This document shows, one piece after another, positions 28,058 through 36,180 of a DNA stretch of 64,000 nucleotides (its first letter is position 1; the number at the start of each line of letters is the position of its first letter). The notes under the pieces are model-generated. The model was not told the DNA's origin, ran no database searches, and worked only from the letters and a program-made list of their open reading frames with translations. Source of the stretch: a virus. Lineage: Duplodnaviria; Caudoviricetes. Location of the stretch: IMG/VR virus record IMGVR_UViG_3300043436_004623, positions 1 through 64,000 of that record; one strand, given 5' to 3'. The translations under genes were made by a program, and so were the position numbers.

Positions 28058-29710
28058 TCAAGATTCACATGTAGAACATGATAAAATTGACCTACTAAGT
28101 TCTTGAGATGGATTACTAGAACGTTGATAGTATAGACCTTTAATACCTTGCTCCCAAGCAAATATCATAAGTTCATTAACTTCCTTTGGCTTAGTATTCG
28201 GTGGTATCATTAAATTAAGTGATTGACCTTGATCAATAAATTTTTGTCTTTGAGCTGCTTGAATAATAATTTCTTTTTGAGAAATCTCTCCAAATGTTTT
28301 AAATGCATCTTTCTCTTCTTGAGTTAAGAAATCAAGATGCTGAACAGAGCCACCTTTAATCAAAATAGATTTCCATGTTTCTTGATCATTTTTATCTTTT
28401 TCTTTAAGAAGCTTTTCAAGATAAGGATTTTTATAAGTAAATTTACCCTTAGCGAGATCCTTAACAAAATAGTTACTATTAAGAGGTTCAATAGAAGGCG
28501 AAACTTGACCTAATATAAATGAACTGCTAGTTGTTGGAGCAACTGCAAGAGTAGTGGAATTGCGGCGACCATATCCTTCAAGCATTGGAGGTTCTCCAAA
28601 TAAGTTTGAAAGTTCGGTTGTTGCCTTATCTGATTTTTCCCTAATGGTGCGCCAAATTTGACCATTGAGCAGTTTAGCATCCATAGATTCAAACGGAATC
28701 ATTTTTGATTGAAGTAGCGAATGCCAACCAAGAACACCAACACCAAGAGCGCGTTGATTAACAGCAAACTTACGTGGAGCCTCCATAAACTTGACACCAT
28801 CTGTCTTTTCAATAAACTCAGACATCACAGCATCAAGAAAATATACAAGAGTCTCTACCGCATCTGTTTCAGCAATCTCATCCCATTTCTCAAGATTAAG
28901 AGATGAGAGATCGCAAACAAATGATTCATCATCTGAATTAGAAAGCATAATTTCATTACAGAGATTGGAGTTATTAATTCTAAGCCCTTTATCTTTGTAC
29001 ATTTGAGGAGCTTGATTGTTAGCATTATCAGAAAAGAAAATATACGGATAACCAGATTCAAAACGCTTCTTGATCACAAGACCCCAAATCTTACGAGCTT
29101 CTTTGTCTCCTTCAATCATCTTTTTCATCCATTCGTCAGAAACACAAACGCCGATTGACATTTCTTGAATTTCGTGACCTTCACCACGAATTTTAAGAAA
29201 TTCTTCGATATCTGGATGATCAATAGGCAGATAGGCAGCAAATGAACCCCTACGAACATTGCCTTGAGAAACAACATTCATAAGCTTATCGTAAAGCTCC
29301 ATAAAATGCACTGAACCTGTAGATTTTCCGCCAGATGAGATTGAGGCTCCTCTACCACGCAACGCTCCAAAATATGCACTAGTCCCTCCACCAGCTTTGG
29401 TCATTTGACCGACTTCAGATATTTTTTCAAGAATTGAAGACATTTGATCGGAAATAAAACTGCCAAAACAGGAAATGGGCAAACCTCTCTCACGGCCAAA
29501 ATTACTCCAAATTGGACTGGATAAGGAATAAAAACCCTTTGACATGTAATTGACAAATTTGTCTGAGAAACCATCAAGATTACCTAATAAAGATTCAGCT
29601 CTATCAGCAATGTCTTTAATCCTCTGCTCTGGTGTTTCACCTTCTGTCAAATACCCTCTTTCAAGAAATTTTCTTGAATCCTTGTTTAGCCAATATACCT
29701 CGTTCTTCAT
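28058..29710 (-). CDS. nrdA: Ribonucleotide reductase alpha, small form without ATP cone
   Basis: 550 aa; PISCF, SNLCNEI, AVAPTTSSS, LYYQRS and a C-terminal CxxC. Confidence 0.92.
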   Translation of the reverse strand: MKNEVYWLNKDSRKFLERGYLTEGETPEQRIKDIADRAESLLGNLDGFSDKFVNYMSKGFYSLSSPIWSNFGRERGLPISCFGSFISDQMSSILEKISEVGQMTKAGGGTSAYFGALRGRGASISSGGKSTGSVHFMELYDKLMNVVSQGNVRRGSFAAYLPIDHPDIEEFLKIRGEGHEIQEMSIGVCVSDEWMKKMIEGDKEARKIWGLVIKKRFESGYPYIFFSDNANNQAPQMYKDKGLRINNSNLCNEIMLSNSDDESFVCDLSSLNLEKWDEIAETDAVETLVYFLDAVMSEFIEKTDGVKFMEAPRKFAVNQRALGVGVLGWHSLLQSKMIPFESMDAKLLNGQIWRTIREKSDKATTELSNLFGEPPMLEGYGRRNSTTLAVAPTTSSSFILGQVSPSIEPLNSNYFVKDLAKGKFTYKNPYLEKLLKEKDKNDQETWKSILIKGGSVQHLDFLTQEEKDAFKTFGEISQKEIIIQAAQRQKFIDQGQSLNLMIPPNTKPKEVNELMIFAWEQGIKGLYYQRSSNPSQELSRSILSCSTCES

Positions 29711-29713
29711 AAA

Positions 29714-30685
29714 TTAAAACAAATCGTCTTCACTGAATGATTGATTTTTTTTGCTATACTCGACTGGTCTTGAGTGAAAGAAGTCAGTCATGTTGTTGCC
29801 CAAAAGTTCTTCATCAAACCATGTTGTACATGATATAAGATTTTCATCAATTTTAAATACTTTTGGAAAATTAATTTGAGATAGTGATTCATTGATTCTG
29901 TTTTTAATGAATTCCTTTAAAATATCTGCAGATAATCCATCTTCGTTGATTCCATTCACCATCCAATCAACGATTTTAGATTCTGATTTAAAAGCCTCTT
30001 CAGCCTCATGAAGAATTCTCTCTTGAAGATCTTCGTCGAAAAGTTCTGGATGCTCCTCACGAATTGTGTTAATTATTTTAATACCAACTAAAGCATGAAT
30101 GTTTTCTTCATTACGAGTATATTTTACCTGTTGATCAGTATCTTTAAGAACATTCTTAAATCTTGCAAACCAATTGATAATATAAAATTGAGAAAATAAA
30201 GACACATTCTCAACAAATAAAGTAAATAGAATTAAAGCATAAAGATATTGCTTCTTTGAATCTTTATAGAATTTATGCGTGTACTTTTTTAAGTACTTAA
30301 CTCTTCCTTGAATCCACTCAAGTTTAAGATTTTCATCAAAAACATCTTCTAAATCAAGAACGCTAATAAGTCTTTCGTATGCGCTATTGTGAATAACTTC
30401 GATATTAGCCATTACATAACCAAGATCTTGAAGCGATGGGTGTGGTAAGTTTTCACCAAGCTTGGCCCAAAATGTTTTAACAGCAACTTCAATTTGTCCA
30501 ATTGCTGATAATGTGCGAACAATAATCTCTCTTTCTTGATCAGTCAATTCGGTTTTGAATTGTTGAACATCCGCTTTAAATGAAAATTCCTTGTCTGTCC
30601 AAAAGCCATTATGCATGGCTTCAATAAACTGTTCTGTCCAAGGGTACAAATTAGGTTTGCGGGAGATTTGTTCTTCAAAGATCAT
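29714..30685 (-). CDS. nrdB: Ribonucleotide reductase beta, class Id-like
   Basis: Start moved to 30685 (MIFEEQ). Motifs QIEVAVK, EVIHNSAY, FVENVSLFSQF, NEENIH and C-terminal FFHSRPVEY. Confidence 0.92.
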   Translation of the reverse strand: MIFEEQISRKPNLYPWTEQFIEAMHNGFWTDKEFSFKADVQQFKTELTDQEREIIVRTLSAIGQIEVAVKTFWAKLGENLPHPSLQDLGYVMANIEVIHNSAYERLISVLDLEDVFDENLKLEWIQGRVKYLKKYTHKFYKDSKKQYLYALILFTLFVENVSLFSQFYIINWFARFKNVLKDTDQQVKYTRNEENIHALVGIKIINTIREEHPELFDEDLQERILHEAEEAFKSESKIVDWMVNGINEDGLSADILKEFIKNRINESLSQINFPKVFKIDENLISCTTWFDEELLGNNMTDFFHSRPVEYSKKNQSFSEDDLF

Positions 30686-30852
30686 AGTAATATGATTTAC
30701 ACTATACCCCAAAATTAATATTTTACAAGACGAAAATTTAGTAATTTTTTTTCTTGACATCATTTTTTATTTGGTGTATACGATAAACAAGAAGCTTTAC
30801 TTCTAGCAGCAAAAAGAAAAAAACGTTTACTAAAAACCATAAGCTTTACGAA

Positions 30853-30930
30853 TAAAATATATTTTAAAGTAAAGTAGAGAGTAAAAGTTGACGTAATTTG
30901 TTAGAGATAAGAAATGTAAAATATATTTTA
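30853..30930. repeat. Two copies of the 14-bp palindrome TAAAATATATTTTA in the divergent intergenic region
   Basis: Copies at 30853-30866 and 30917-30930. Confidence 0.6.
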
Positions 30931-30951
30931 TTACGAATATTTTTTTAAATA

Positions 30952-30980
30952 TTGACATTTTCAAACATTTCAATTATACT
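30952..30980 (+). promoter_or_regulatory. sigma70-type promoter, near-leaderless
   Basis: TTGACA, 17-nt spacer, TATACT, then 8 nt to the ATG at 30989. Confidence 0.8.
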
Positions 30981-30988
30981 TTAAAAAA

Positions 30989-31285
30989 ATGCTTCTAAAT
31001 AATGAGGATGATTGCAAGTTATTCTTGTGCGCAAGTGCTAATTGGCAGTGCGTAGTAGAGTCATTTAGTTATGAGCAAGCTGCATCTAAAGCGGTGCAGG
31101 AGGCCGTGGATAAAACTGGAGAAGAATTTTCAATAGGCGCTGCGATTTCAGTAACAGAACTTTCTTTAAGGAAAAAAAACTCTATCTTAGTTTTCTCACC
31201 AAGAGTACTTGCGGATATTGGAATGCACACCTTATCATCAAATTTACTAAACATAATAGATAAAGATACCAATGACGACGATTAA
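30989..31285 (+). CDS. Hypothetical protein, 98 aa
   Basis: First gene behind a consensus promoter; overlaps the dUTPase start. Confidence 0.7.
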   Translation: MLLNNEDDCKLFLCASANWQCVVESFSYEQAASKAVQEAVDKTGEEFSIGAAISVTELSLRKKNSILVFSPRVLADIGMHTLSSNLLNIIDKDTNDDD

Positions 31286-31775
31286 AGTAAATACATTAGA
31301 GACTATAAGGTATCCAGCAAACGAAGCTGATTCTGGCTATGACATTATAGCTGCATCAGATCCGTTTATTCAAGGGATATCTATAGATAAGACAGACGAT
31401 TATCTTTCAATTGATTATATTGAGTATGATACAAACTTAATTATTGAGCCTCAAAATGGTTATCATACTTGTGTTTTCCCAAGATCTTCAATATCAAAAT
31501 ACAATCTTACTTTAGCCAATTCTATTGGTTTGATTGATAATGGTTATAGAGGCACAATTAAGCTTAGATTTAAATATAATGCACAACCTCTTGATTATAA
31601 AATTCATGACAACGCTAAACTCTCTATTAGCATAAACAAAAACAAGCTTTATAAAAAGGGAGATAAAATTGGACAACTCGTGTTTGCAAAAACTTTCAAT
31701 CCAGCAATTGAACTTGTGGAATCGTTTGAATTAACAGATAGAAATAGTGGGGGCTTTGGGAGCACTGGACAATGA
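31272..31775 (+). CDS. dut: Trimeric dUTPase
   Basis: DSGYDI, FPRSS, GLIDNGYRG, IGQL, RNSGGFGSTG. Confidence 0.92.
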   Translation: MTTIKVNTLETIRYPANEADSGYDIIAASDPFIQGISIDKTDDYLSIDYIEYDTNLIIEPQNGYHTCVFPRSSISKYNLTLANSIGLIDNGYRGTIKLRFKYNAQPLDYKIHDNAKLSISINKNKLYKKGDKIGQLVFAKTFNPAIELVESFELTDRNSGGFGSTGQ

Positions 31776-32362
31776 CTACAATAATTGGAATTGCTGGACC
31801 TGCAAGAAGCGGAAAGGATACCCTGTGCAATCAATTTCTTGAGATTTTTCAAGAAATGAACATAAAAGCTAAAAGATCTGCATTGGCTGATCAATTAAAA
31901 CTAGAGTCTAAAGACTTTATTTTCAATACTTTGGGTATTGATGTCTTTACAGAAAAAACCGAAGAAAAGAATATTATTAGACCATTTTTAGTCACATGGG
32001 GTACGCACGTCAGAAGAAAACTTGATCCAGATATTTGGATTAAAAAAATCCAAGACTCAATTGAAGAAAACTCAATCCTAATTGTACCTGATATAAGATT
32101 TAAAAATGAATTTGATTGGGTTAAAAATAACAATGGCTATATGTTTTTTGTCGATAGGATTAATGAAAATGGAGAACTGGTCCCAGATGCAAATCAAGAT
32201 GAGGCTGAAAATAATACGTTTTTAAGAGAAAGCTCTGATCATTCATTTGTATGGTCTACAACCGATGATAAAAAAATATTAATTTCTGTTGCTTTTGAAA
32301 TTATATCTAATACAATAAGTGATCAACAACTTTCCATATGGAGACAGACTTATTCCTTATAA
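31772..32362 (+). CDS. Deoxynucleoside monophosphate kinase
   Basis: IGIAGPARSGKDT, ALADQLK, IVPDIRFKNE. Confidence 0.85.
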   Translation: MTTIIGIAGPARSGKDTLCNQFLEIFQEMNIKAKRSALADQLKLESKDFIFNTLGIDVFTEKTEEKNIIRPFLVTWGTHVRRKLDPDIWIKKIQDSIEENSILIVPDIRFKNEFDWVKNNNGYMFFVDRINENGELVPDANQDEAENNTFLRESSDHSFVWSTTDDKKILISVAFEIISNTISDQQLSIWRQTYSL

Positions 32363-32907
32363 ATGAAATTAAAAATCACAATGACAACTGGTGTCTTAAA
32401 GAGTTAATTGATAGACACTCTGGTATTTATATGACTATTGTAAATAAGATTATATCTGATTCTTGTGATTTTGTTAATAAAACTGACGTTATAGCAGATA
32501 AGGATTATACCATATATAATGCCGCATTAAAATATAATCCAGATTTAAATACTAAATTTCCTACGTATCTAGCGAATGAAACCCGTTGGAAATGTTTAAA
32601 TTTATATAATAAGAATAAAAAAAGAAAAGAAGAACCTCTTGAGTATCATGAGAATGATAAAGAGGTTTCTGGTGATTTTGTTTCAGATTTACAAAATTAT
32701 GAAATACTTAATAAGATTTATAAATTAGCTGAAACACATGAAGACAAAAGAATCAAAAAAATCATTGACATGAGATATGGTTCGGACTATAATAAACTCA
32801 CACCTTGGAAAACTATTGCGAAAAAACTTAGGATGAGCATACAAGGATGCATCAATATTCATAATAAGTTTATAGAACAAACAAAGAAAGAATTAGAAAA
32901 TGTTTAA
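32338..32907 (+). CDS. Phage sigma70-family sigma factor
   Basis: Region 2-like AALKYNPDLNTKFPTYLANETRW and region 4-like HTH IIDMRYG...PWKTIAKKLRMSIQGC. Confidence 0.75.
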   Translation: METDLFLINEIKNHNDNWCLKELIDRHSGIYMTIVNKIISDSCDFVNKTDVIADKDYTIYNAALKYNPDLNTKFPTYLANETRWKCLNLYNKNKKRKEEPLEYHENDKEVSGDFVSDLQNYEILNKIYKLAETHEDKRIKKIIDMRYGSDYNKLTPWKTIAKKLRMSIQGCINIHNKFIEQTKKELENV

Positions 32908-33322
32908 CACAATTATTACACTAGCACACCTAGTAAAAGATCCAGAAATCAAACAAACCCAAAGTGGTAAGTCAGTATGCTCAATGCGAATCTGCGTTTC
33001 AGAAAATCAAGCAAAGACAAAGTGCTTTATTGATTGTGAGGCTTGGGATAAGACAGCAGAAGCTTGCGCTAAATTCATGAAGAAGGGTAGAGAGATTATG
33101 GTTGAGGGGGAGCTTTGCATGTCTTCGTGGACTAATAAAGAAGGTGTAACACAAAGCCGACATTTTATCCGTGCCAATAAGGTTAAGTTTATGAATTCAG
33201 CCTTGAAGAAGGATGATGGTTCTGGACCCGCAGAAAGTGAAGCGACATATAGAACTAATAAAAATGCAAATACTCCAATCTCAGAAGGTGCTGGAGACAA
33301 CACTGAAGATATTCCATTTTGA
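32900..33322 (+). CDS. ssb: Single-stranded DNA-binding protein
   Basis: OB fold (LVKDPE, FIDCEAW, KGREIMVEGEL) and acidic tail EDIPF. Confidence 0.92.
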   Translation: MFNTIITLAHLVKDPEIKQTQSGKSVCSMRICVSENQAKTKCFIDCEAWDKTAEACAKFMKKGREIMVEGELCMSSWTNKEGVTQSRHFIRANKVKFMNSALKKDDGSGPAESEATYRTNKNANTPISEGAGDNTEDIPF

Positions 33323-34398
33323 TGAAACTTTTAGTAGAAGCTCCACTTAATTCACTTAGCTTTGGGAATGTCTCATTGAACATTCTCAGAGAATTTTATA
33401 AGAAAAATGTTGATGTTGGAATTTTCCCAATTGGGAATCTTGACATTTCTACTTTTGAAATTTCCCAAGATTTTGGGCAATGGTTGCAAAAATCTATTGA
33501 TACTCGATTTAATTACTTATCAAAAGATATTCCTGGTTTTAAATTATGGCATCTTAATGGAAGTGAAAATAGAAAAAACTCAACTCAAAATCTATTAACG
33601 TTTTATGAATGCAGTGAACCAACAGAACTTGAAAAAACACTTTGCAAAGCTCAGGATAAAGTATTCTTTAGCTCAACCTACTCAAGAGATAAGTTTTTAT
33701 CTAACGGTTGTGAAAATGCAACTTATATCCCTATGGGGTTTGATAAAGACTTTACCCGCACTAATAAGAAATATCTTGAAGGTGTGATCCATTTTGGTTT
33801 GATGGGTAAGTTTGAAAACAGAAAGCATACTGGCAAAATCATTAAGTCTTGGCTTAAGAAATATGGTAATGACAATAAATATCAGTTAACTTGTTGTGTT
33901 ACTAATCCATTTTTTAAACCAGAGCAAATGCAGGGTATTATTGAAAATGTTTTAGAGGGAAAAAGATATACTAACATTAATTTTCTTCCGTATCTCAAGA
34001 CAAACAAAGAAGTTAATGAATTCTTAAATGCAATTGATATTGACTTAACTGGTTTAAGTTTATCGGAGGGTTGGAATTTGCCAGCATTTAATGCTACATG
34101 CCTTGGTAAATGGTCTATAGTTCATAATGCTACAGCTCATAAAGATTGGGCAAATAATGAAAATAGTATTTTAGTTGAATCTGAATCTGAAATAGAATGT
34201 TATGATCAAGTTTTCTTTCAAAAGGGTTCTGACTTTAATCAAGGAAAATGGCCAATTTACTCTGACGAATCAATGATTTCTGCTATGGAAATGGCAGAAA
34301 AAAAATCTGGACAATTAAATTTTGAAGGCATTAAATTATCTGAAAAATTTACCTACTCCAATACAGCTGATTTATTGCTTAAAAAAATATTTGAATAA
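33319..34398 (+). CDS. Glycosyltransferase, GT-B (GT4-like)
   Basis: MGKFENRK and SEGWNLPAFNA. Confidence 0.8.
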   Translation: MMKLLVEAPLNSLSFGNVSLNILREFYKKNVDVGIFPIGNLDISTFEISQDFGQWLQKSIDTRFNYLSKDIPGFKLWHLNGSENRKNSTQNLLTFYECSEPTELEKTLCKAQDKVFFSSTYSRDKFLSNGCENATYIPMGFDKDFTRTNKKYLEGVIHFGLMGKFENRKHTGKIIKSWLKKYGNDNKYQLTCCVTNPFFKPEQMQGIIENVLEGKRYTNINFLPYLKTNKEVNEFLNAIDIDLTGLSLSEGWNLPAFNATCLGKWSIVHNATAHKDWANNENSILVESESEIECYDQVFFQKGSDFNQGKWPIYSDESMISAMEMAEKKSGQLNFEGIKLSEKFTYSNTADLLLKKIFE

Positions 34399-34438
34399 AT
34401 TCAGATTAATGGTGTAAATATATTACATCTTCCATAAT

Positions 34439-35260
34439 ATGAATTTAAAAATAAATGTAGAAAAATCAAATATTATATTAAATAATTTAAATTTATCTAA
34501 TAAAAAAATATCTCAATTAATAAATGTATCAGAAACTACTGTAGAAAAATTTCTTAAAAAGAGTGGTATTAAAAAAGGAAGGAGAAAACTCTCTTTAAAT
34601 GAGTCTTTTTTTGAAAACATAAATACTAATGATAAATGTTATATACTTGGATTAATATATGCAGATGGGTGGAATAACGTCTCTGGTAATAGATGGGGAA
34701 TTCAATTAACTAAAGATGATGAATATATATTATATGAGATATCTAAAATTTTAGACTACGGTGGTTCTATTAAAACCCTTAAACCATCTTGTGAAAACGG
34801 AAAGTTAAGATCAAGGTTAGAATTATGTAGCAAAAAAATGTGTAACGATTTATTAAATTTAGGAGTTGTTCAAAATAAAAGTTTAGTGTTAGATTTTTAT
34901 GAAGAAAAGCTCCCGTTAAACTTTATAAATGATTTTTTTAGAGGCGTTTTTGATGGAGATGGTTCTTTATATATATCACCTAAATTTACTCATTTTTCAG
35001 TAAAAATTACATCTTCTACTATATTTTGCAAATCTTGTCAAAGATTTTTAGAAAAACATATTAATTACAAACCTTCTTTAAAAATTTATAAACAAAACCC
35101 TAAATCATGTGATTTAATTATTTCTGGTAGAAATAACGTATTAAATTTTTTAAATTGGATTTATAATAGTGAAAGCGATTTAAAACTTTCTAGAAAATAT
35201 AATAAATTTTTATCTATACCTAATGGACCTAAAAAAAATCCACACAACTCATCAAAGTAG
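34439..35260 (+). mobile_element. Free-standing LAGLIDADG homing endonuclease
   Basis: YILGLIYADG and FFRGVFDGDG; GTGTAA at 34412-34417 upstream. Confidence 0.85.
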
Positions 35261-35348
35261 GACAAAATAACGCAGAGGGACAAAAGTTGTCGGTCAATAT
35301 GACATATGAACATACTGCGAGCGCCATTTTGTCTAGTATTTTCGGGGG

Positions 35349-35377
35349 TTGACACTTGGCATAATATATGATATATA
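35349..35377 (+). promoter_or_regulatory. sigma70-type promoter, near-leaderless
   Basis: TTGACA, 17-nt spacer, TG-n-TATATA, then 8 nt to the ATG at 35386. Confidence 0.7.
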
Positions 35378-35385
35378 AAAAGCCT

Positions 35386-35727
35386 ATGAGTACATTATTT
35401 ACTAATACACTATTCGACGAATTATTTTCAGCATCAGACTCTTGCTGCAAAAAAAACTCTCAAAAATCTTCTATTAAAGATATCGGAGATGTTTATACGG
35501 CAGAAGTTGAACTTGCTGGATATGATAAATCTGAAATTAAAATCACAGCGACAGATGAAGTTCTTAAAATTAAAGCTAAAAATGAAGAGAGATCTAAAGA
35601 TTTAGTTATTAATCTTAATAACGCTGTTTCAATTAATCATATTAAATCAGAATATAAAAACGGATTGCTTAAATTAACACTTCCAAAAAAATCGGTAACC
35701 GACAAAGTGGAAATCAAAATAGCATAA
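35386..35727 (+). CDS. Small heat-shock protein (HSP20 / alpha-crystallin)
   Basis: EVELAGYDKSEIKI and YKNGLLKLTLPK. The start is moved to 35386. Confidence 0.88.
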   Translation: MSTLFTNTLFDELFSASDSCCKKNSQKSSIKDIGDVYTAEVELAGYDKSEIKITATDEVLKIKAKNEERSKDLVINLNNAVSINHIKSEYKNGLLKLTLPKKSVTDKVEIKIA

Positions 35728-35745
35728 TATAGTTAAACCCAAATT

Positions 35746-35780
35746 AAACAGGTGGAATTGAATTTCCACCTGTTTTTTTT
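35746..35780 (+). terminator. Rho-independent terminator
   Basis: AAACAGGTGGAA / TTCCACCTGTTT stem followed by a T tract. Confidence 0.85.
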
Positions 35781-35790
35781 ATAGTAATAT

Positions 35791-36180
35791 ATGCCAGTCT
35801 ATACTTACAAAAGAAAATCAACCGATGAACATCGTGATGTTTTTCAATCAATGAATGATAAACATGAATACTTTGGTGAAAATGGAGATGAAGATGATTG
35901 GATCAGAGTGTTTTATTCTCCATGCGCCTCTATTGATTCTCAAATAGATCCATTTAGCTCAAAACAATTTGCGGAAAAGACTGGAACTAAAAAGGGGACG
36001 TATGGTGATTTATTGGACAGAAGCGCCGAAATGAGTAATAAACGTGCAGAACTAGCTGGCGGCAAAGATCCTGTTAAAGAAAAGTACTTTGAAAATTACT
36101 CAAAAGAACGTAAGGGTGCTAAACACCCAGAACAGATGAAATCTTTTGAAAGTAAAACTGTCAAGGTTGATTATAATTAA
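35791..36180 (+). CDS. FmdB-like small protein (Cys-less variant)
   Basis: MPVYTYK...VFQSMND N-terminus resembles the FmdB-type MPxYxYxC ribbon without the cysteines. Confidence 0.6.
   Translation: MPVYTYKRKSTDEHRDVFQSMNDKHEYFGENGDEDDWIRVFYSPCASIDSQIDPFSSKQFAEKTGTKKGTYGDLLDRSAEMSNKRAELAGGKDPVKEKYFENYSKERKGAKHPEQMKSFESKTVKVDYN

Noticed and set aside
5328-29710. Inteins in DnaE, DnaB, RecA or NrdA
   Set aside because: Protein lengths are normal or short, and no C/S...HN-C/S/T splice motifs were seen.
30686-30763. N-terminal extension of NrdB (MMSRKK...) and similar extensions at 15980, 17860, 26182 and 35368
   Set aside because: Downstream ATGs match family N-termini, promoter positions or ATGA overlaps better.
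34399-35340. Group I intron around the second LAGLIDADG gene
   Set aside because: The flanking genes (GT and HSP20) are complete and unrelated, and the 5' gap is only ~40 nt. No P7-type core was recognised.
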